DNA from: Oceanispirochaeta sp.
Lineage (GTDB): Bacteria > Spirochaetota > Spirochaetia > DSM-2461
NCBI GenBank assembly: GCA_963663385.2
Contig: CAXXXD010000004.1
Span: forward strand, 1,120,001 to 1,184,000
Reading direction: 5' to 3'
Length of the DNA stretch: 64,000 bases
Under the pieces are notes generated by a model. That model ran no database searches. It was not told where the DNA came from and was given only the letters and a program-made list of their open reading frames with translations. Below, piece by piece: positions 19,244 through 29,071 of this stretch (its first letter is position 1; each line of letters starts with the position of its first letter). The position numbers and the translations under genes are program-made.

Positions 19244-20030
19244 TATCTGTTTCTTCTTGCTCTTGATCTTCTTCTGGCTCTGGTTCGTTAACCTGGCTCT
19301 TGCCAACAAGTGATCCAACTATACTTGCTACTTTTAAAATAAAACTTGATCTAACAGTTGAAGAAGTTCCAGACTTTGTTGATACAAATTGACCTCTACC
19401 TGGATTTATCTGCTTGTGAAATCTCATTGATCCTGTATTAAAAGAGGGAAGAGTTTTTTTCGCTATAACATCGGCAGCAAATGAACCCATACTGGCAGTC
19501 GTATCTGCCGATAACTCGCCTTCGATGATATCAGCACCTGCATTCAATAAAAGACTTGCACCATCAGCCATTAATGCTGCTGTTGCTGCTGTTCCCGCAC
19601 CAGGAAGATTCCCCGTTATGGCTAAGCCTACAGTTGAGTAATTTGCAACATCTCCTGCTATTGAAGAGGCACTGGCAGTATCTCTCAAAAACTCTACAGA
19701 AGCTCCTTTCCCAGCTTGAGTAAGATCTTCTTTAGCCTTCTCGTTACCACTTGCAGCTTTAATAATCGTAGCAGATGCACTTCTTGAATGATTTGCGTAT
19801 AGACCAACTAAATCTTTTATTGAAGGCATTGTCCACATCCCAGTGGGATCGATGAATTTTTGAGGATTGTTTGAAACATAGATAAACCAGTTTTGGCCAT
19901 CCCGAGCCGGGTCTTCAGATATGAATCTCCCGGTTCCGGCATCATACCACCTGGCATTGTAGTAGTATAACCCGGTGTCTTCATCGAGATCCTTTCCGGT
20001 ATACTTCAAATCAGGATAGTTTCGTATCAC
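19236..20030 (-). CDS. Orphan Rhs module: short RHS core end plus about 200-aa C-terminal toxin domain
   Basis: KYTGKDLDEDTGLYYYNARWYDAGTGRFISEDP..YVSNNPQKFIDPTG; no YD-repeat body; AT-rich tip. Confidence 0.85.
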   Translation of the reverse strand: MIRNYPDLKYTGKDLDEDTGLYYYNARWYDAGTGRFISEDPARDGQNWFIYVSNNPQKFIDPTGMWTMPSIKDLVGLYANHSRSASATIIKAASGNEKAKEDLTQAGKGASVEFLRDTASASSIAGDVANYSTVGLAITGNLPGAGTAATAALMADGASLLLNAGADIIEGELSADTTASMGSFAADVIAKKTLPSFNTGSMRFHKQINPGRGQFVSTKSGTSSTVRSSFILKVASIVGSLVGKSQVNEPEPEEDQEQEETDNE

Positions 20031-20766
20031 CCTGCTGTATCTCTTCTTTAAGTTTTTCCAGCTTCTCCCGCTTTACCGTACTGATATGGGTAAACTTCTG
20101 TTCCAGTCCCTTTGCCAGGGCTGCCAGGGCTTCCTCTTTTTTACTCTGGTGGTTCAGCACCTGGGCGTAGTGGTACCAGGCCTCCGGAAAGGCTGGGTTC
20201 GTCTCCATCAGTTCGTCAAAGAGGGGAATCGCCTTTTCCCAGTTCCCCATCCTGATATAGGTCGCCCCCAGGTTATCCATTATCCCTTTGGAGCTGTCGT
20301 TGTACTCCCGGGCCTCCAGGTTCAGTTCCAGCGCCCCGGCCAGATCCCCCTGTTCCAGCAGATAGAACCCCAGGTTGGTATAAAGGATGGTGGTGGTATA
20401 CCCCTCTTCTTTAAGATTCTTCAGGGCTTCCACGGCCTGGTCGACTTCCCCTCTGCTCCACTGCAGAAGGGAGTAGTAGATAATCGCTTCCTCATGGGAA
20501 AACTTCTTTTCCCGTATACCCAGGAGGGGCTTCAGTACGGCCTCCGCATCCTCTTCAAACCCTCTTGTTAAAAGGACATACCCGCAGGTCAGTTTGTTTT
20601 TGGGCTTCATCCCCGAACGGGCAGCCCCTTTAATCAGTTTGACAGCTTTGTCATACTGCTCTTTTTTAAGAGCCTGCAGCCCCCTGACAAATAGAAAGAA
20701 ATTCCAGTATTTAATAAGAAGAAGAGCAATCAGGACTGCAATAATAAGAATAGCCTTGGTGTTCAT
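20011..20766 (-). CDS. Membrane-anchored TPR protein
   Basis: N-terminal TM; TPR motifs YTNLGFYLLEQGD, DNLGATYIRMGNWEKA, EAWYHYAQVL. Confidence 0.8.
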   Translation of the reverse strand: MNTKAILIIAVLIALLLIKYWNFFLFVRGLQALKKEQYDKAVKLIKGAARSGMKPKNKLTCGYVLLTRGFEEDAEAVLKPLLGIREKKFSHEEAIIYYSLLQWSRGEVDQAVEALKNLKEEGYTTTILYTNLGFYLLEQGDLAGALELNLEAREYNDSSKGIMDNLGATYIRMGNWEKAIPLFDELMETNPAFPEAWYHYAQVLNHQSKKEEALAALAKGLEQKFTHISTVKREKLEKLKEEIQQGDTKLS

Positions 20767-20935
20767 GGGAGCCTCCCGTATGAATTACCCTTAAATTATC
20801 ACGGTTTTCCAATTCAATCCAGAAGGGAAAATATATGGATATTTAGTAAAGCAGCCTACTTCATAGTTAAGATCAGTAAAGAGTATTTCACCCCTCCTGA
20901 GGAGGGGCCGGGGGAGGTCCGGAGAGGGGTGATCT

Positions 20936-21352
20936 CTATTCCTGTTTTTCCAGAGGGATAAAATCAAAACTCTGGCGATAGCTGATATTCTCCGAAAGGA
21001 TCCAGTCCCTCTCTTTTCCCCGTATAAGGGTCATGATCAGGGTTTTATCCCCTTTATTCCCGGTAGAAAGGTATACGGTTACAGACTTCAGGGACTGCTT
21101 GTTAACGGTCATCTCCCGGGTTCCCCTGCAGTAGGGATCCAGGATTTCTGCTATTGTATTCTGTTCTTCAGGGCTTAAATCACCTAGAAAAGGGGCCATC
21201 TGAATCAGTCCGGAAAAATCCCTGTCTGCTGCAAGGTCCAGAATCCCGTTGACCGTTTTTTCCGGCGGGCCGACGGGGGAACAGGACGGCAGAAGCAGAA
21301 TAAGGCAGAGGAGAAATGTTGTTCTGTAAATGCGATATAAAACTCCGTTCAA
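20936..21352 (-). CDS. Hypothetical lipoprotein
   Basis: LLLPSC lipobox-like motif; start uncertain. Confidence 0.55.
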   Translation of the reverse strand: MNGVLYRIYRTTFLLCLILLLPSCSPVGPPEKTVNGILDLAADRDFSGLIQMAPFLGDLSPEEQNTIAEILDPYCRGTREMTVNKQSLKSVTVYLSTGNKGDKTLIMTLIRGKERDWILSENISYRQSFDFIPLEKQE

Positions 21353-21363
21353 AGGATTGCCTC

Positions 21364-21398
21364 AAAAAAATCCTGCACCGGAACCCCGATGCAGGATT
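21364..21398 (-). terminator. Probable intrinsic terminator
   Basis: AATCCTGCA...TGCAGGATT stem with a T-run on the minus strand after the 21425 gene. Confidence 0.6.
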
Positions 21399-21424
21399 GC
21401 TTAGTCAGTTGATCGTTACTTATA

Positions 21425-21814
21425 TCAGTTGTATTTTACAATAACACCGCTGATATGGGCTGTGGCGGGAGCGTACAGGCTGAATGTCAGGCCGTTCAGC
21501 AGAAGGTCGATAAAGGATGCTTCGTAGCGGATTTCCACATTTACAGCGGCATCGCCGGTGTATTTCTGAATCTCTCTCTGAATGGCGTCATAAATTTCCG
21601 TATCCATGGCGTCGGAGGTTGCGTTCAGAAAGTTGGAACCGCCGGAATTCCCCAGGAATTCGTTCACCTTAACGGCGATTTCAAACTCCCCGACCGTGTC
21701 GTATGAGGGAATTTCTCTTGTTACCTGAGCACCGGACAGCTGAAAGGTGGTACAGGATGTTAAGGCAACAGCTGCAATAACAAGCAGCATAATTACTTTT
21801 GTTACGTTTTTCAT
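21425..21814 (-). CDS. Hypothetical lipoprotein
   Basis: MKNVTKVIMLLVIAAVALTSC lipobox; GGAG SD. Confidence 0.65.
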   Translation of the reverse strand: MKNVTKVIMLLVIAAVALTSCTTFQLSGAQVTREIPSYDTVGEFEIAVKVNEFLGNSGGSNFLNATSDAMDTEIYDAIQREIQKYTGDAAVNVEIRYEASFIDLLLNGLTFSLYAPATAHISGVIVKYN

Positions 21815-21926
21815 TTTTCTCTCCATAAGAAATAGTTCTAATAATATACTCCAATTCTAAGATTTCTCCATTATAAATCAAGAGATTGAGTAAAAATAAA
21901 CAACTGATATATATTGTCTCGGCAGA

Positions 21927-22424
21927 TCAGGAGATAAAACGGCTGATTAATCTGACTATACCCGGCATAAACACAACTACCGTAATAAGACGGAGAGTGT
22001 GCATAAGGGCGACAATATGAGCCTGGGCGCCGTAAGCGTCAGAGATCAGCACAATATTGGCCAGGCCTCCGGGAGAAGCGCTGAACAGGGCTGTAATCAG
22101 ATCCATCCCCGTTACTCTGGAGATTATAAATCCCAGAATCAGGCTGAAAATCATAAGCCCGATGACCATCACAACGGCGGAAAAGAAGATGGACCCCAGT
22201 CCTTTTATGGTATTCATATTGAAATTCAGACCGATCGTGGCGCCGATAACAATCTGGAGAATCGTATTGGCCTGGGGAGGGACATAGCCGGCATCGCTGA
22301 TCAGATTATAGACAGCTGTAAATACCATGGCCCCGAAAAGGGCTCCCGCCGGTATCTTCAGTTTCATACCGATTATGCCGCCCAGTGTTCCAATCAGAAG
22401 GGTAGTGATGAATTTTCCTAACAT
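21927..22424 (-). CDS. Membrane AbrB-like (AbrB_trans) family protein
   Basis: KLKIPAGALFGAM, QIVIGATIG, TALFSASPGGL, VALMHTLRL. Confidence 0.8.
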   Translation of the reverse strand: MLGKFITTLLIGTLGGIIGMKLKIPAGALFGAMVFTAVYNLISDAGYVPPQANTILQIVIGATIGLNFNMNTIKGLGSIFFSAVVMVIGLMIFSLILGFIISRVTGMDLITALFSASPGGLANIVLISDAYGAQAHIVALMHTLRLITVVVFMPGIVRLISRFIS

Positions 22425-22486
22425 AAGAGCTCCTTATGGTATACAGTATACAATAAGATGGTCTGATACAATATGCTTCCCCGGGG

Positions 22487-22662
22487 TCAGGGCCGGAATC
22501 TCCGGTATTCCGCCGGTGTCATATGTAGGATTTTTTAAACAAATAATAAAATTGCACCGGACTCTCATATCCGCAGTTCCGGGTAATCTCTTTTATGGAG
22601 AGTTCGGTCATTTTCAGCTGGTACCAGGCGTGATCAATTCTGGCTTCGTTTATCATCTGTAT
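22487..22662 (-). pseudogene. AraC-family C-terminal HTH remnant (5' deleted, frameshifted)
   Basis: Manual translation IQMINEARIDHAWYQLKMTELSIKEITRNCGYESPVQFYYLFKKSY, then shifted frame MTPAEYRRFRP-stop. Confidence 0.7.
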
Positions 22663-23108
22663 GGCTGCCTTTGACGATCCGGAGTGGATCCATACCATGC
22701 TGGCCTGGCTGAGGGAGAGAAAACGGCACTATATCAACTCTCTGAAAGGCGCCCGATACGATATTTTGGAGCTGGGGGGCGGGGATGCATCCACAACTGT
22801 TATTTCTCCGGATATCTTCCGGAACTTTGTCGCCCCCTATGACAGCGTTCTGATTGCTGCCGCCAGAGATAAAACGCCGGGTCGGGGACAGGGTCTGCCT
22901 GATCGGCGGATTTGATCAGGGGACCTGTTTTTTACGGTCTACCCCGGCGGAAACGAGAACAGCCGTCCGGGATGCTTTTGACGCGGCCGGAGAGGGCGGC
23001 GGATTCATCCTCTCTCCGTCCGATCATTTTTTCGATGCCCAACCGGAACTGATTGCAGCTTTTGCCTATGAAGCCCGAAATTGCGTTTACCGGACAGCAG
23101 AGAAGTGA
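22661..23108 (+). pseudogene. URO-D / MtaA-CmuA family remnant (5' deleted, internal deletion with frameshift)
   Basis: GGGDASTTVISPDIFRNFVAPYD in one frame, IKRRVGDRVCLIGGFDQ..GGGFILSPSDH in another; the HxCG segment is missing. Confidence 0.7.
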
Positions 23109-23119
23109 GCTGAAAGCAA

Positions 23120-24358
23120 TCAGTTCGGGGGACAGGATGCCCGGAGCGTACGGTAGGCCGTCTGATACATATTGATCACCTTACCGGCAGGAATCTCTGC
23201 CAGGATATTGTGAATGGATGTGAATACGAACCCTCCGTCCTTCTTCAGGTAACGGCACACCTCTTCAACTTCCCGGCTGACCTCTTCCTCTGTACCAAAG
23301 GGGAGAGTCGACTGACTGTTAATCCCGCCGCCCCACAGGGCAATCCGGTTCCGGCACTTGTCTTTCCACTCTTTGTAGCTGTGTTCTCCGGCGCTCCACT
23401 GGACCGGATTCAGCACGTCAAACCCGCTGTCAATCAGATCGTCCAGGATATCATAAATGGCGCCGCAGGAATGGAGGAATGATTTCAGGCCGGGGGCGAG
23501 GCTGTGCACGGCATCATTCATCTTCCTGTAATAAGGAACATAAAGTTTTCTGAAATATTCGGGAGGCAGTATGGGGGCGTTCTGGGTTCCCTGATCATCA
23601 GAGTTGCTCATCATTATATCGATATAAGGGGCAATTTCAGGTAATAGGCGTTCCGCATTAATCAGAAAGTGCTTCATTTCCAGTTCATGGACCTCCTGAA
23701 CATACTCCGGCTCTGTCAGGCAGAGCATGGACCAGGATGCCATCCCGTTACGGTATTTCAGTCCCATGGACAATCCGTTGAACATCACGGCCCTGTCCGT
23801 TGATTCCCGCACTCTCCTGCAGTAGGCCGCAATGGACTTTACTCTTTCGTCTGTCAGCAGCTCCGCCTGCAGCTCCGCCCGTAGTTCTTTCAGGTCTTCT
23901 CTGGGAGGATCCTGAGTCATAAGGTCGAACGACTCATCCCCATCAGCATTATCAAATACATAGCTGGACGGAACCATTTTAAGATGCTGTTTTTCGCTGT
24001 CATACAAAATGGAGTCATCCTCCTGTATGCGAAAATCGTCAGGATTCTGCACAAGCGCGGGCAGTCTCCCGTTGAAATCGCAGGGAATCCATTTTTCCTT
24101 ATCCTGAAAAGCGTTGGTCCATTTGTCCTCGCATACGGAAACGACATCACAATTCAGGGCATCCAGAACATCCGTATCCGGCAGGGCCAGCATCTGGCAC
24201 ACATCATGGACTTTCGGACGCCGGGGGGGCAGTCCCAGTGATTCAACCAGTTCTGGGTAGGCAAAGCAGCTGATTCCTGTCGAAAGCATCCCTCCCATAT
24301 CTATGGCGTGTATTTCCTCAAAAGACAGCGCTTTCATTACCCGTTCTCTTCTTGTCAT
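23120..24358 (-). CDS. Uroporphyrinogen decarboxylase / MtaA-CmuA family protein
   Basis: MTRRERV, SDDQGTQ, FLHSCGAI, FDVLNPVQ, GGFVFTSIHNI. Confidence 0.85.
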   Translation of the reverse strand: MTRRERVMKALSFEEIHAIDMGGMLSTGISCFAYPELVESLGLPPRRPKVHDVCQMLALPDTDVLDALNCDVVSVCEDKWTNAFQDKEKWIPCDFNGRLPALVQNPDDFRIQEDDSILYDSEKQHLKMVPSSYVFDNADGDESFDLMTQDPPREDLKELRAELQAELLTDERVKSIAAYCRRVRESTDRAVMFNGLSMGLKYRNGMASWSMLCLTEPEYVQEVHELEMKHFLINAERLLPEIAPYIDIMMSNSDDQGTQNAPILPPEYFRKLYVPYYRKMNDAVHSLAPGLKSFLHSCGAIYDILDDLIDSGFDVLNPVQWSAGEHSYKEWKDKCRNRIALWGGGINSQSTLPFGTEEEVSREVEEVCRYLKKDGGFVFTSIHNILAEIPAGKVINMYQTAYRTLRASCPPN

Positions 24359-24446
24359 ACTATAACACTCCGGTTATCTTTATATTATCCTGTTCTGTTA
24401 TACTGTTCTTATTACAGGATAGCGAGTGATAAATAGGACAAGAAAT

Positions 24447-25352
24447 ATGCAAAAACGGCCACTGGGTGAATGGTATGAATTGAAAAGACGGTATAACGGT
24501 ACGGTATGTATGGGGAAATGGACTTTGTGGTTCCGTTCCGGTAATTATCTGGATTTCAAGGGATCGCGGAATCTGCAGCACCGCCACTCGTATTACGAGG
24601 TATGTCTTGTCCTGGGAGGGACGGGGACTTTCACTCATGGTGATCAGATTCACTCCCTTGAGACGGGGGATCTGTTTATCGCTGATCCCGGAGTTATACA
24701 TGAAATCATATCTTCCCGGCAGGACAGTTTGAAAATCCAGTTTCTGTCTTTCAATTTTGAGAAGGATGAACAAAAACAGACAGATGAAGACGAAACCGTT
24801 CAGGATCGCTGTATAGGGGAATTCCTGAAAAATCATGACCAATTGATACATGACTGTTCCGATCTTGAGCATATCTTCCGGTCTCTGAAGGTGATCTCCC
24901 TGGAAGATAACCCTGTGAAACGGCATATCCGGAATGAAACTATGACCAAAACCCTGATTATGGAAATAATCCTCTACAGTATCAATGAAATAGAAGAGCG
25001 GCATAAGGATGCCTCCGCGGATTCAAGGCTTCAGGCCGCTTTGATATATATGGAAGATAACGCTTTCAGGAAACTGTCGGTCGGGGAAGTGTCAGCCCAT
25101 GCTGCAATCAGTGCCAGAACCCTCCGGCGCTTGATGCATGGGTATTGCGGAATGACCGTTATACAGAAGTGTTTCCGGATCAGGATGGAAGCCGCTGCAA
25201 GGCACCTGCTGGCCAATCCGGATCAGACGGTTTCCGAAGTGAGTTATCAGTTCGGCTTTGAGAATCCTTCTGATTTCTGCAGGGGCTTTAAAAAAACAAT
25301 GCTCCTGTCACCCGGTAAATTCCGTGAAAACGAAGGCACTCTGTTCAGCTGA
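24447..25352 (+). CDS. AraC family regulator (cupin + HTH)
   Basis: HRHSYYEVC cupin, VSEVSYQFGFENPSDFCRGFKK..SPGKFR. Confidence 0.88.
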   Translation: MQKRPLGEWYELKRRYNGTVCMGKWTLWFRSGNYLDFKGSRNLQHRHSYYEVCLVLGGTGTFTHGDQIHSLETGDLFIADPGVIHEIISSRQDSLKIQFLSFNFEKDEQKQTDEDETVQDRCIGEFLKNHDQLIHDCSDLEHIFRSLKVISLEDNPVKRHIRNETMTKTLIMEIILYSINEIEERHKDASADSRLQAALIYMEDNAFRKLSVGEVSAHAAISARTLRRLMHGYCGMTVIQKCFRIRMEAAARHLLANPDQTVSEVSYQFGFENPSDFCRGFKKTMLLSPGKFRENEGTLFS

Positions 25353-25419
25353 ATGAACCGGTGCCATTTGCACCGACAGGCTTTTAAAATATTGGGGGCG
25401 TAACAGGGATCTGATGAAA

Positions 25420-27684
25420 TTACAGCATCTCTTTTACTTTGCTGAGTATAACATCTCTTCCAAAGGGCTTGTGAATGAAACCTGTTGAGTCTGATTCATT
25501 CACCTCTTTCATATTCTGATCGTTAAAATAGCCGGAAATGAAAAGGATCTTTATTTCAGGATTGATCCGTTTTATCGCATCGGCGCAGTCGGCTCCCGTC
25601 ATTTCAGGCATTACCATATCCATGATAATCAGATCAAACAGGTTCGGATTCTTTTTAAACTGAAAAAGCCCGTTTTTCCCATTATCAGCGATAACAACGT
25701 GATACCCCTCTTTTTCAAGGATATTTGCCAGCATCTTCTGCAATACCGGCTCATCATCCACAATCAGAATATTAACAGTTTTATCTGCAGGGCCGGCGGT
25801 ATTTTCTGTTTCAGTATTATCTCCGGTTTCTGTATACGTCGGGATCAGAAGGGTAAATGAGGTAGCTTCATTCTGTATGCTTTTTATCTCTACCGCTCCG
25901 TTCAAATGTACGATTGTACTATACACTCCTGCCAGATCCAGACTGCTCCCTTTTTTTATGGATTCGCTCTTGTAGAATGGTTCGAAAATATGGGGCATGT
26001 CTTCCAATGGAATCCCGGCTCCTGTATCGGATATCTCCAGGGCAATGTATTGTCCCGGACACAGCTCATAAAGGCTTTTCCGGCAGTAACTATCATCCAG
26101 TATCCGGTTTTCGGTTGTCAGATTTATACTGCCCCCCCCGGGCATGGAATGAGCAGATCTCATAACCAGGCTCTCTATGGCCTGCTGAAGGTCAGCCTGT
26201 ATTCCCCTGATCCGGAAGTCTTCCGCATCCAGACTGAAACCTGCTTTAACCCTTTGACCTATCCTGTCCCGTAGGCCGGCCATACTTTCCCTGATGGCCG
26301 AATGTACATCCACCGGGGCATCGGAACGGCTGTTTCTCCTGGAAAATCCGGCAAGCTTCTGTATCAGTTTAATAGCCTGTCCGGATGATTCCCGGATCAT
26401 TCCGGAATATTCCATGGCCTTTACATTGCCTCCCACTTCATCCCTGAGGAGTTCTGCTGCAGCCTGTAATCCGCCCAGTATGTTGTTGAAATCATGAGCA
26501 ATGCCTCCGGCAAGATTTTCAAGGGCTTCCATTTTATCTCTATGCATAAAGCGTATCTGTCTGGTGTTTTCCTCTGTCATATCCCGGAAGACAATAACGA
26601 TCCCTTCTATGGAACCGTCCTCCCCATGGATGGGAGCACCGGACTGATTGATGAGATGCTCTGTCCCGTTACCGGAAATAAGGATGGAGTGACTGACAGA
26701 GCGGCAGATCTGCCCTGTCTCCAGCACTTTGAGGATTATATTATCCTCTCTCTCCCGGCTTTCGGGGTTGATAATCTGCAGGATGCTGTCCAGCTCCCGG
26801 TCTTTTACAGCTTCCGCCTTCCACCCGGTCATTTTTTCCGCAATGGGGTTCATCTCTTTTATTAAACCATCGGGATTGACAACAATGACTCCGTCTCCTA
26901 TGGACCGCAGAGTCATCAACAGATTTTCCTGACTTTTTCTGAGCTCTTCTTCTGTTTTTTTGAGTTTGGTAATATCTGTTGCAATACCGATAAGAGCCTC
27001 TTCCCCGAAGATCTCTTTAGGACAGGGGGTTCTTGTTGTCTGCAGCCAGTGTATATTCCCATAGGTATCACGGATCCGTTCATGGGCCAGGTGGATGGTT
27101 TTGCCGGTTTCAAATACCTCCCTGTCATCCTGAAGCATCCGCTTCACATCCTTTCTTTCGGGTTGTACATCAGCCTGAAGAGAGCCGACAACTTCGTCAA
27201 CAGTAAGGCCCATCTGATCTGCCACAGCCTTGTTGACTTCCAGAAAGCGGCCCTCCCTGTTTTTGACGAAGATGAGAGAAGGGACCAGATCAAAAATCAG
27301 ACGCATATGCCTTGAATCATTCTGTATCTGGTAGGATCCCGAAGCGTAGGAATTCACTCTGCGCCTTATAAGATCCGGGTGGAAGGGGACGGTTATGTAA
27401 TCCCAGATATGGGAAGGCAGAGAATTCCCTTTCTTAAGCTCATCTTCTGAGCATACCATAAGGAGGGGGATATTTTTCTCCAGAGTGGATATATCAATAT
27501 CGGGAGAATCCGTTATAATAAGGGACGGATTGTTCTCGTCAATCATCCTGTAAACCGTACGGACATCCGGAGCATTTGAAAGGTGATAATTTTCCAGTAT
27601 TTTCACCAGTTTCTCATTATAGTCCGGATTCAGGAAATAAAGCAGAACTTCTGTTTTTGAAGTGTACGATGTAGTCATTCCCAT
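25420..27684 (-). CDS. Hybrid PAS-PAS histidine kinase / receiver protein with degenerate ATPase boxes
   Basis: PAS (IFVKNREGRF; IGDGVIVVN), AGGIAHDFNN H-box, ISDTGAGI, receiver ILIVDDE..MDMVMP..KP. Confidence 0.85.
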   Translation of the reverse strand: MGMTTSYTSKTEVLLYFLNPDYNEKLVKILENYHLSNAPDVRTVYRMIDENNPSLIITDSPDIDISTLEKNIPLLMVCSEDELKKGNSLPSHIWDYITVPFHPDLIRRRVNSYASGSYQIQNDSRHMRLIFDLVPSLIFVKNREGRFLEVNKAVADQMGLTVDEVVGSLQADVQPERKDVKRMLQDDREVFETGKTIHLAHERIRDTYGNIHWLQTTRTPCPKEIFGEEALIGIATDITKLKKTEEELRKSQENLLMTLRSIGDGVIVVNPDGLIKEMNPIAEKMTGWKAEAVKDRELDSILQIINPESREREDNIILKVLETGQICRSVSHSILISGNGTEHLINQSGAPIHGEDGSIEGIVIVFRDMTEENTRQIRFMHRDKMEALENLAGGIAHDFNNILGGLQAAAELLRDEVGGNVKAMEYSGMIRESSGQAIKLIQKLAGFSRRNSRSDAPVDVHSAIRESMAGLRDRIGQRVKAGFSLDAEDFRIRGIQADLQQAIESLVMRSAHSMPGGGSINLTTENRILDDSYCRKSLYELCPGQYIALEISDTGAGIPLEDMPHIFEPFYKSESIKKGSSLDLAGVYSTIVHLNGAVEIKSIQNEATSFTLLIPTYTETGDNTETENTAGPADKTVNILIVDDEPVLQKMLANILEKEGYHVVIADNGKNGLFQFKKNPNLFDLIIMDMVMPEMTGADCADAIKRINPEIKILFISGYFNDQNMKEVNESDSTGFIHKPFGRDVILSKVKEML

Positions 27685-27727
27685 ACTTAAAGCATAATAT
27701 CCCGTAAAGAAATATTCTCTTTAAATT

Positions 27728-28594
27728 TTATTTTTCTACACAGATAAGGCTCATCGTTTCAACTCCGAGGCTTGAAGCTACAGGTTCGCATTTTGCCATG
27801 AAAAGCAGGTAGACATCCTGTCTGTCCACATCGTTCAGGGATTCGTAATTTCCCTGTCCCTTCGAAATAACTGTATCGGCTTCATAAAAAATCCTGCGGA
27901 ATTCTTCGCTGGTTTCGCTTAATATGGTGCCGGGGCAGTTATTTCCGTTGTCGATTATCTCAACAATTTTGTCCAGGCCGGTCTCTGCCGCATCAAAGCG
28001 GGTTACATCGTTAATAATCGGTCCGCCCCTGACCCCATAGCGGATTATCAGATCGGGGAACTCCTTCAAAAGGTATTCGATAAAGATTTTATCAAAAACA
28101 ATCTCTCCGCAGTTATCTCCCAGATAAAGCAGGTCCTTTGAGCTGGCCAGCCTTTTCCTCAGTTTCCTGCTGTCATCCACAACAAGGGGTTTGTGTTCTA
28201 TGGAATCTATATTCTGCAGGAGGGTCTCTTTGCTGAAACGATGGTTTGATCCGAAATCAATCAGGTTTCCCGATATGGCCAGTTTCAGGGCTGCCGTAAA
28301 GCTGTCCTGTGACTGGTTGATAATCTTTTCAAGATCATCTGTCAAAGCCATTATCTCTCTGTTATAAAGGGATTTTATCTCCTTATAGGGGTCAGGATTT
28401 TCAGCCTTGTCGTATATTCTCTGATAAATATCCCGTCCCATCTGGGGCGGTTTCTGGTCCCAGGGAGAGTCATAAAGGTATTTGAGGACCTCTCTGGAAA
28501 CCGCTTCCGTTTCTTCTACAGACATATTCAGGAGCTTTGATACCTTAAGAACCTGTTCCAGCATGCATGGTATGCAGTCATTTGTAATAATCAT
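27728..28594 (-). CDS. DUF89 / ARMT1-like damage-control phosphatase
   Basis: DCIPC, DPYKEIK, GNLIDFG, DNCGEIVFD, IINDVT, SKGQGNYESL. Confidence 0.88.
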   Translation of the reverse strand: MIITNDCIPCMLEQVLKVSKLLNMSVEETEAVSREVLKYLYDSPWDQKPPQMGRDIYQRIYDKAENPDPYKEIKSLYNREIMALTDDLEKIINQSQDSFTAALKLAISGNLIDFGSNHRFSKETLLQNIDSIEHKPLVVDDSRKLRKRLASSKDLLYLGDNCGEIVFDKIFIEYLLKEFPDLIIRYGVRGGPIINDVTRFDAAETGLDKIVEIIDNGNNCPGTILSETSEEFRRIFYEADTVISKGQGNYESLNDVDRQDVYLLFMAKCEPVASSLGVETMSLICVEK

Positions 28595-28694
28595 ATGCCC
28601 ACTATATAGGATTTAATCCTGTTAATCAGCAGGTTCCTGAATAAAATTTATCCATCCATTTGATTAGATGGATAAAATCTTTTAAATTATAAAA

Positions 28695-29012
28695 ATGAAA
28701 CATACAAATCCCCTTGAAATAATAATAGAGAAAAACTTTACTGAATTGGAAATGGCCATCCATCCCAATGACGGGGAAGATCTGGATCTCTATACCCGAG
28801 AACAGTATATGATCTTCTATAGCGGTCAGTCTCTGGAAAAATTCAGGACGGGAGAGGGGCAGCTGGGTGAGGGTGAACTCCATCTGTTAAATGAATGCGC
28901 CATGGGGACGTTAAAGGTATCCGAATACCTCTGCGGAAGGCTGCAGTATTGCGAGAAAGCCATGCTGATCCGCGATGACAACAAACTCTTCCTAGCCTAC
29001 CGGGATGAATGA
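28695..29012 (+). CDS. Hypothetical protein
   Basis: 105-aa ORF filling an intergenic gap; no motif recognised. Confidence 0.5.
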   Translation: MKHTNPLEIIIEKNFTELEMAIHPNDGEDLDLYTREQYMIFYSGQSLEKFRTGEGQLGEGELHLLNECAMGTLKVSEYLCGRLQYCEKAMLIRDDNKLFLAYRDE

Positions 29013-29022
29013 AATAACTTGA

Positions 29023-29042
29023 CCCCTCGACCCCGCTCGGGG
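29023..29042 (+). repeat. Short palindromic intergenic repeat, copy 4
   Basis: CCCCTCGACCCCGCTCGGGG between convergent genes. Confidence 0.55.
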
Positions 29043-29071
29043 ATCTCGGGGGGGGGTAACCTTTTATCTTG

